From positions 1 through 64,000 of the forward strand of contig JAXDQU010000106.1 of assembly GCA_034667685.1 (NCBI GenBank): 64,000 bases of DNA, given 5' to 3'. Below, one piece after another: positions 57,679-64,000 of this stretch; positions within the stretch are counted from its first letter, which is position 1; every line of letters starts with the position of its first letter. The position numbers were made by a program, and so were the translations under genes. The DNA comes from Thermoplasmata archaeon. GTDB taxonomy: Archaea; Thermoplasmatota; SW-10-69-26; JACQPN01; JAJPHT01. The notes beneath the pieces were generated by a model, which was not told the DNA's origin, ran no database searches, and was given only the letters and a program-made list of their open reading frames with translations.

Positions 57679-58400
57679 GGTTCTTCCTTCAGCGTGATCT
57701 CGGGTCGAGCGGGCGCGCGCGGTGGCGGCGCAACGGGCCCTGGGACGCGGAGCGCGCCGCGCGTGGCGTCTTGCCAAGAACGCAGCACGTCGGGCGCGAT
57801 GGGCTCGGGCAGGATGGGCGCGAGGTCCTTCGCGAGCCGCGCGGGATCCGCGGCGAGGAAACCGGCAGGGTCCTTGATCGCGGTCTTTGCGATCGCTTCC
57901 AGGAGCGCCGGAGGGATCGTCGGTAGCGCGAGGATCGCCGCCTTGTCGAGCGCGCGATCGAGGCTCGCGCCAAGCCTGAGGTTCGCGAGCGCTGCGCGCC
58001 CCGCGGCGGTCTGCGAGATGCGCATCAGGTCGTCCACCGAGAAGACGCGATGCGCGGCAAGCTTCTCAATCGCCTGATGCGGGAGCCCAAGCGTCGAGAG
58101 CGGCTGCGGCGCGCTCGGAAGCGGCGCGCGTGGCGCGTCTTGCGAGGGCCGCACGCGCAGGCGAAGCGTCGCGCCGCCCGGCGCCGCGTCGTTCGAGAGG
58201 CTCACGAGGACTTGGCCCAGCTCGTCGAGACGCGCGCGGACGGGCAGCGTCAACTCCAGGTCGTCCAGGATGTAACAGCCTGACGCTCTCGGATGCCGCG
58301 CCAGCTCCTCGTGGATGCCCATCGCGGCGGAGGCGACGGTTTCGCCCAGCTCGTGCAGGACGACCTCGGAAGGGAGCGACGAGAGAGGCTCAACCGGCAC
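57675..58400 (-). CDS. Hypothetical protein: helix + beta-hairpin N-domain (Trypco/DUF2589-like) and two HhH-like repeats (DUF4332-like)
   Basis: LHELGETVASAA..EL, LDDLELTLPV; LGL...IEKLAAHRVFSVDDL and LPTI....EAIAKTAIKDPAGF; GGAGGTGA RBS before GTG 58400. Confidence 0.55.
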   Translation of the reverse strand: MPVEPLSSLPSEVVLHELGETVASAAMGIHEELARHPRASGCYILDDLELTLPVRARLDELGQVLVSLSNDAAPGGATLRLRVRPSQDAPRAPLPSAPQPLSTLGLPHQAIEKLAAHRVFSVDDLMRISQTAAGRAALANLRLGASLDRALDKAAILALPTIPPALLEAIAKTAIKDPAGFLAADPARLAKDLAPILPEPIAPDVLRSWQDATRGALRVPGPVAPPPRAPARPEITLKEEP

Positions 58401-58482
58401 GCCCGTCACCTCCCGACGCCAGAAAGGCAAGGCCGGAATGAGACGACCGCGGCTGCGCGAGAACCGCCGCCATCGTCGCGCC

Positions 58483-59625
58483 TCAGATGTTGATCCCGAC
58501 GTCGGCGTTCACGTAGCCGAAGGACGCGTGGACGACCGTCGCGGCGGGAGGCTTCGTCTTGTCGAATTGCGCTCCTTCGCGGGACACCGTGATGACCACC
58601 TTGCCCGCGCTGTCCGTCTTGTCGGTTGTGGACTTGTACGTCCAGCTCAGGAAGGGGTCGCTCAGCGTGATGTCGATGGACTTGCCCGCGAGCGCCGTGC
58701 TGTCCACCTTCAGGAGCGTGAGGGTGACGTCCACGGCGCGCCCCGTGGGGTCGGGGGGCGACCCTCCAGGGGGCGTAGCGGGGACCACGTCCACGCGGGG
58801 TCCCGCGGTCAGCTTCAGCGAGGGGCCCTTCTGCACGATGACCGGCTTAGGAATCTGCATGTCGGGGCGCGGCTCCAACGTCGCGTCGAGATGCATGGAG
58901 CCCGCGGCCTGATCCGTGGACGTGCTCGAATCGCCGGATGCCGCGTAGGAGCCGAAGCTGTAACCGATGCTCCCCGACGCGCCCACGCCGTGCAGGCGGC
59001 TGTACGTGGCGGCCGCGCCCACCGAGAAGCCTTGGCTTTTCCCTTGGACGTTGAACCCGTTGGCGGTGTTGAACTCCGAGACCTTCATGTCGGCCGAGAT
59101 GTGGACGGACTTCCACAAGTAGGCGGGCGGCGTGATGTAGTTGATCAGCGGGAGCTTCATCACAACGGGGTGTCCGTCCACCAGCTGGCCATCGTCGTCG
59201 AGCTTCTGCTCGAAGACCGCGATGACGTCGATCATCTGCTGCGAGAGCGCCGAGGCCGTGACGACGAGGCCTGCGTCGAGCTGGGCCTGCGCTTCCGCGA
59301 CGGCATCGCCAACCTTGCTCACGAGCAGACCGAACGCCGGTCCCCCTCGGGCGAGCTCGTCGGTGATGTCAGCATCCGGAGCGACCACGGGCGTCACGCC
59401 CATCTTCGCTTCGCCGACGTGCAATGCCGTGGGGTGCCCGGTCCCGCCTGCCGTGAGGGCCCCCTGCCGGAGATCGCGAGCGTCCTGCTGCGCGAGGCGG
59501 ATGGCCCGGAGCTGCGCGGCCTGGGCGGCGTCGATGGCTTCCTGAACGTCCTTGGAGATGGGCGCCTTTCGCTGGCTGGCGTTCGACGATTCGTGCTTGC
59601 TCTTCTTGACGTGCGTGAGTGCCAC
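58483..59625 (-). CDS. DUF2589-like protein with long Gly/Ser amphipathic beta-hairpin and C-terminal Ig-like domain
   Basis: FGLLVSKVGDAVAEAQAQLD, KLPLINYI.P, S/G-rich alternating strands, TTDKTDSAGKV Ig-like end; GGAGGT RBS before GTG 59625. Confidence 0.6.
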   Translation of the reverse strand: MALTHVKKSKHESSNASQRKAPISKDVQEAIDAAQAAQLRAIRLAQQDARDLRQGALTAGGTGHPTALHVGEAKMGVTPVVAPDADITDELARGGPAFGLLVSKVGDAVAEAQAQLDAGLVVTASALSQQMIDVIAVFEQKLDDDGQLVDGHPVVMKLPLINYITPPAYLWKSVHISADMKVSEFNTANGFNVQGKSQGFSVGAAATYSRLHGVGASGSIGYSFGSYAASGDSSTSTDQAAGSMHLDATLEPRPDMQIPKPVIVQKGPSLKLTAGPRVDVVPATPPGGSPPDPTGRAVDVTLTLLKVDSTALAGKSIDITLSDPFLSWTYKSTTDKTDSAGKVVITVSREGAQFDKTKPPAATVVHASFGYVNADVGINI

Positions 59626-59811
59626 GTGATCAGACCTCCGGGCTCGCGAGGAGAAAGGATGTGATACCATTCCTCGCCGCGAGTCCGGTATGCGTGGACC
59701 TATGGGCTCCTCGGGTTTACGCCTTGCAGCGTCCATACGGTTGCTATAGGCGTTCCGAGCGGCAACGCCGACCATGCAAGGCCGAAAGCAGGGTCTCCGC
59801 GCGAAGGCGCG

Positions 59812-60849
59812 TTACAAGCGCTTCTGCGCGACGAAAAGCTCCGCACCCAGCACGTTGGACCCGGCCGCGCCGCGGATCGTGTTGGACCCGCTCGCGATCC
59901 AGCGCAGGTCTAGCACGTTGTCGGGCCGGATGCGCCCCACGCTCACGGCCATGCCCTTCTCCGCATACACGTCCTTGCGCGGCTGCGGCCGGTCGGGCTC
60001 GCTGCGCACGTGGAGCGGGCGCAGCGGCGCGCTGGGCAGCTTGAGCTTCTGCGGCGCGCCCTGCCACGTCGCCATGACCTCCGCGGCTTCCTCGGGTGTG
60101 GGCTTGCTGCGGAACTGCGCGGTGATCGCGACGGTGTGCCCCTCCTGCACGGGGACGCGGACGCACGTCGCGCTCACGCCGATCTCGGCGAGCTTGACGC
60201 CCTCCGGCGCGACGGCGCCGAGGAACTTGCGCGTCTCCTTCTCCATCTTCTCTTCTTCGCCGCCGATGTGCGGGATCACGTTGTTCATGATCGCCAGCGA
60301 CGGAACGCCAGGATAACCGGCGCCGCTGACGGCCTGGTACGTCGCGAAGAAGACCTTCTCCAGGCCGAACACGTCGTGAAGCGGCTTGAGGCTCATCAGC
60401 GCGGTGATGGTGCTGCAGTTGCCGTTGGTGACGATCTTGCCGCGCGTCTTCTGGCGTTCGACCAGCGCGAGGTGGTCCGGGTTGACCTCGGGCAGGAGGA
60501 GCGGCACGTCGGCGTCCCAGCGGTGGTCGCGGGCGTTGCTGAAGACGTGGATCCCGCGCTCGGCGAGCGAGGTCTCGATCGGCCCTGCCTTGCCTCCGGG
60601 AATGGCGCTGAAGACGAGGTCGACGTCGAGGTCGTCCGCGGGCGTCTTGACGCGCATGTCGCGCACCGATGCCGGCATCGGATCGTCGACGACCCACGTG
60701 GCGGCGTCCTTGTAGAGCTTGCCGGCGCTCCGCTCGGAGGCGACGAGCTCGGTGACGCGGAACCAGGGGTGGTTGTCGAGGAGCATGGCGAATCGCTGGC
60801 CCACCATGCCGGTGGCGCCGAGGATGCCGACTTTCACGGTCTGGGTCAT
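59812..60849 (-). CDS. asd: Aspartate-semialdehyde dehydrogenase (archaeal/fungal type)
   Basis: [42 protein letters not shown]. Confidence 0.95.
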   Translation of the reverse strand: MTQTVKVGILGATGMVGQRFAMLLDNHPWFRVTELVASERSAGKLYKDAATWVVDDPMPASVRDMRVKTPADDLDVDLVFSAIPGGKAGPIETSLAERGIHVFSNARDHRWDADVPLLLPEVNPDHLALVERQKTRGKIVTNGNCSTITALMSLKPLHDVFGLEKVFFATYQAVSGAGYPGVPSLAIMNNVIPHIGGEEEKMEKETRKFLGAVAPEGVKLAEIGVSATCVRVPVQEGHTVAITAQFRSKPTPEEAAEVMATWQGAPQKLKLPSAPLRPLHVRSEPDRPQPRKDVYAEKGMAVSVGRIRPDNVLDLRWIASGSNTIRGAAGSNVLGAELFVAQKRL

Positions 60850-62252
60850 GACGGATTCTCCTTGGGCGCCGGGCGTTCGAAGAGGAACTCGTGGTGGATG
60901 GCGCGCACGCAGGCGTCTCGGTCCTTGCGCTTGACGACGAAGTTGAGCGCGATGTCGGACGCGCCCACCGAGATCATCTCGATGTTGACGCCCGCCTTGC
61001 CCACGGCGGTGAAGATCTTGCCGGCGGTGCCCTGCGAGCTGCCGATGCCGCGGCCCACGACGCAGATCAGCGTCATGTCGGTGATGCCCTCGACGCTCTG
61101 GATGGTGCCCTCGCGGATCGACTCCAGCGCCTTGAGGCCGCGGTCGAGGTCCTGCTCCTCGATGAGCAGGGCGAAGCTGGCCTGGCTCGCGGCCATGTTG
61201 TAGACGTTGACCTTGGCCTTGGCGAGCGCGTCGAACACCTTCTGGCCGATGCCCGGCGTGTACGCCATGCCGGGGCCGTAGATCTTCAGGATCGCGAGGC
61301 TGTCCTTGGTGGCCGCGCTGCGCAGCGCGTCGCGGCGCATCGAGGCGACGCCGGTGATCAGGGTGCCCTGGACGTCGGGCTGCTGCGTGTTGCGCACGAG
61401 GATCGGGATGTGGTGGTCCTTGAGCGGCTCGACCGTGCGCGGGTGGAGGACCTTCGCGCCCACACCCGCAAGCTCCGCCGCCTCCTCGTAGGTCATCTCG
61501 GCGATGGGCTGCGCGTCCTTGAGGATGCGCGGGTCGGCGGTGAGGAAGCCGTCGACGTCCTTCCAGACCTCGAGGCGCTGCGCGCGCAGGGCGGCCGCGA
61601 CGATGGCGGCGGCGTAGTCGCTCCCGCCGCGGCCGAAGGTGGTGACGCGGCCCACGGCGTCGCAGCCGAAGAAGCCCGTGAGCACCGGCGTGACGCCTTC
61701 GCGCAGGCGGCCCACGAGCGAGCGTTCGAGGTTGCGCTCGATGGCGCTCATGATGGGCGTCGCGTTGCCGAAGACGCCGTCGGTGAGCATGCCCGCCTCG
61801 TCCGCGTCGAGCGCTTCGGCGGGGACGCCGCGGCTGCGCAGGACGCCCGCGAGCAGGCGCACGCTCATGCGCTCGCCGAACGAGACGGCGAGGTCCTTCG
61901 TCTTGGCCGTGAGCTCCTCGGTGTACGCGATGCCGTAGAGCAGGCGCTCGAAACGTTGCAGCAGCGCGTCCATCTCCTGCGTGACGCGGAGCGTCTCGGG
62001 CTCCGTGGCGCCGGCCTCCTGCAGCGCGCCCAGGTGCTTGCCGAGCATCTCGCGCAGGAAGGGCTCGATCGCCCCCTCGTCGCGCTGCACGCGCGGGAGG
62101 ACGTTGAGGATCGCGTCGGTGACGCCGGCCATCGCGGAGATGACGACGACGCGCTCGGGCGGCGCCTGGCCCACGATGTCGCTGACGCGGACGAGCATCT
62201 TGCCCGACCCGACGCTCGTGCCGCCGAACTTCATCACGATCAATCGTACCAC
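60846..62252 (-). CDS. lysC: Aspartate kinase with two ACT domains
   Basis: [32 protein letters not shown]. Confidence 0.95.
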   Translation of the reverse strand: MVRLIVMKFGGTSVGSGKMLVRVSDIVGQAPPERVVVISAMAGVTDAILNVLPRVQRDEGAIEPFLREMLGKHLGALQEAGATEPETLRVTQEMDALLQRFERLLYGIAYTEELTAKTKDLAVSFGERMSVRLLAGVLRSRGVPAEALDADEAGMLTDGVFGNATPIMSAIERNLERSLVGRLREGVTPVLTGFFGCDAVGRVTTFGRGGSDYAAAIVAAALRAQRLEVWKDVDGFLTADPRILKDAQPIAEMTYEEAAELAGVGAKVLHPRTVEPLKDHHIPILVRNTQQPDVQGTLITGVASMRRDALRSAATKDSLAILKIYGPGMAYTPGIGQKVFDALAKAKVNVYNMAASQASFALLIEEQDLDRGLKALESIREGTIQSVEGITDMTLICVVGRGIGSSQGTAGKIFTAVGKAGVNIEMISVGASDIALNFVVKRKDRDACVRAIHHEFLFERPAPKENPS

Positions 62253-63322
62253 TCCTGGACCTGCGCCATGTAGGCGCGGAACGCCTGGCGGTCGGGCACC
62301 GCGGCCTCCAACGCATCAAGGCTTCGCCGGAGCCGCGCGAGCACCTCCGCGGTGTGCGGATTGAGGCGCTGGATCTCGTGGTAGAGGTCCTTGTTCTCGT
62401 GGGCGACCTCGCGGCTCACGGCGACCTGCTTCTGGAACGTGGGGCCGCCCAGGCCCCGGACCTGCTCGAAGGAAATCGGCTGCGAGGCGAGCGCGTGGCC
62501 GAACGCGAGCGCGACGGCGTGCGGAAGCCCGAGCACGAGCCCCATGTAGCGGTCGTGCTCCTCCAGGCCCATCTCGACGACGTGCGCCGCGGTGTGCGCG
62601 AAGAGGTCGCGCGCCGCGCGCGCCGCCTCCGCGTTCCCGCAGTCGCACACGACGAGGTTGCGCCCCGCGAGCAGGTCGGCGCCCGGGCCCCACATGGGAT
62701 GGAGGCTCGCGACGCGCGTGCCGGAGGCGGCGAGCGCCCGCAGGGCGTCGGCGTGGGGCGCCTTGAGGCTCGCGATGTCCACGACGAGGCCGCGCGTCTT
62801 GCCCTGGAGCGCGCGCAGGGCGTCCGCGGTCGCGCTGGGCGGCGTGGCGAGGAGCACGAGGTCGTAGTCCTTCGCGGCGCTGGCGAAGTCCGGGACATGC
62901 TTGCGCCCGGGCGGCGCGCCGCGCGGGTCGGCGACGGCGACCTCGTGCCCCATGCTCTCGAGGAACTCGACGAACCAGCGCCCCATGTTGCCCGCGCCGC
63001 CCACCACGAGCGCCTTGCCCGCGTGGCCGTCGGCCTTGACGCGGCCGGCGCGGTCCTTCTCCTGCACGCGGAGGCTCTCGCGGATCTCCAGCTTGAGCAG
63101 CTCCTCGGCGACGTTGGGATCGACGCGCAGCGCGCTTGCGGCCTCGCGCACGAGGCGGATGGCCTCGGCCTCCACCACGTAGTTGCGCACGGGCTGGTGC
63201 GCCGCGGCCTTGATATCACCGACACGCCGCGCGAGGTCGAGCCGGCGGGCGGTCATCTCGACGAGGGCGCGGTCGATGGCGCGGATCTCGTCGCGCAGCT
63301 TCGCCAATTCCTCTTCGCTCAG
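62240..63322 (-). CDS. tyrA: Chorismate mutase / prephenate dehydrogenase
   Basis: LRDEIRAID..R CM domain; GGAGNMG, DIASLK, HPMWGP, EHD; apparent CTG start overlapping aroC stop. Confidence 0.88.
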   Translation of the reverse strand: MSEEELAKLRDEIRAIDRALVEMTARRLDLARRVGDIKAAAHQPVRNYVVEAEAIRLVREAASALRVDPNVAEELLKLEIRESLRVQEKDRAGRVKADGHAGKALVVGGAGNMGRWFVEFLESMGHEVAVADPRGAPPGRKHVPDFASAAKDYDLVLLATPPSATADALRALQGKTRGLVVDIASLKAPHADALRALAASGTRVASLHPMWGPGADLLAGRNLVVCDCGNAEAARAARDLFAHTAAHVVEMGLEEHDRYMGLVLGLPHAVALAFGHALASQPISFEQVRGLGGPTFQKQVAVSREVAHENKDLYHEIQRLNPHTAEVLARLRRSLDALEAAVPDRQAFRAYMAQVQEWYD

Positions 63323-64000
63323 GGGCGCGCCTCCAGGAGCAGGTCGAGGAGCACGCACGCGGCGAGGCTCTCGACCACGGGGACGGCGCGCGGCACGATG
63401 CAGGGATCGTGGCGCCCCTTCACCTTCAGGTCGGCGGGCTGGCCCGTGGCGAGGTCCACCGTGCGCTGGGTCAGCGGGATGCTGCTCGTGGGCTTGAACG
63501 CCGCGCGGAAGCGAAGCGGCATGCCCGTCGTCATGCCCCCGAGCGCCCCGCCGTTGTGGTTTGCCTTGGTCGCGACGCGGCCCTCGCGCATCTCCCATTC
63601 GTCGCGCGCCTCGCTGCCGCGCATGCTGGCGAGGCGGAAGCCGTCGCCGAACTCGACGCCTTTGACTGCGGGCACCGCAAAGAGGGCATGGGATAGCATC
63701 GACTCGACGCTGTCCATCAGCGGATCGCCGATCCCCGCGGGCAAGCCTTCGGCGACGCATTCGACGACGCCACCCACGGAATCGCCGGCCTTGCGCGCGG
63801 CCTCGACGGCGTCGACCATGTCCTGCGCGGTGCCGTAGACGGCGCAACGGGCGGGGGTGGCTTCGACGCCCTTGCGGATCTCGGCGACGTCGAGCTGCGC
63901 GTCGGTCCAGACGTGGCCGATTCGAACCGAGTGGGCCGCGATCTCGGCGCCGCGGGTCGATAGCACTTTGGCGGCGAGGCTGCCGGCCATCGTCCACGCG
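63319..64000 (-). CDS. aroC: Chorismate synthase (5' part outside window)
   Basis: GDSVGG, AVKGVEFG.GF, NHNGG..GG, FKPTSSI, GRHDPC. Confidence 0.95.
   Translation of the reverse strand, partial: AWTMAGSLAAKVLSTRGAEIAAHSVRIGHVWTDAQLDVAEIRKGVEATPARCAVYGTAQDMVDAVEAARKAGDSVGGVVECVAEGLPAGIGDPLMDSVESMLSHALFAVPAVKGVEFGDGFRLASMRGSEARDEWEMREGRVATKANHNGGALGGMTTGMPLRFRAAFKPTSSIPLTQRTVDLATGQPADLKVKGRHDPCIVPRAVPVVESLAACVLLDLLLEARP

Noticed and set aside
56741-59830. Direct repeats bounding the DUF2589-like operon
   Set aside because: Only an 8-bp match (CGCTTCTG) was found, which is not significant

Overview
High-GC (about 70% by eye) archaeal chromosome segment. aIF-2beta with a C-terminal TRAM domain, a PGF-CTERM surface protein, a COG1340-type coiled-coil protein, TATA-like promoters and a non-acidic proteome point to a Thermoplasmatota-like lineage (inference). 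The backbone is housekeeping: sucC/sucD, lemA-htpX, meaB plus a B12-binding mutase subunit, larB, etfBA, livHMGF, speA, hutH, proline/sarcosine dehydrogenase-like genes and aroC-tyrA-lysC-asd. Accessory parts are: (i) a lower-GC nitrilase-STAND NTPase-helical repeat gene at 466-3411; (ii) a 6.8-kb module bounded by a perfect 22-bp direct repeat, holding an exosortase and three paralogous Gly-rich secreted proteins, the last with an IPTL-CTERM-like signal; (iii) a three-gene operon at 56854-59625 (DUF2589-like beta-hairpin protein, a Trypco/HhH-like partner and a papain-like Cys peptidase), a candidate protease-coupled conflict system; (iv) many small secreted Cys-rich proteins, including a tandem triplet; (v) several intergenic nested inverted-repeat elements. 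Across the window the AT-rich word TGATA(G/T)C / G(C/A)TATCA recurs about 27 times, often through otherwise rare codons, which suggests a selected genome-wide DNA signal. No rRNA, complete tRNA, CRISPR array, integrase or transposase was recognised. All family calls are from motif recognition only; no searches were run.
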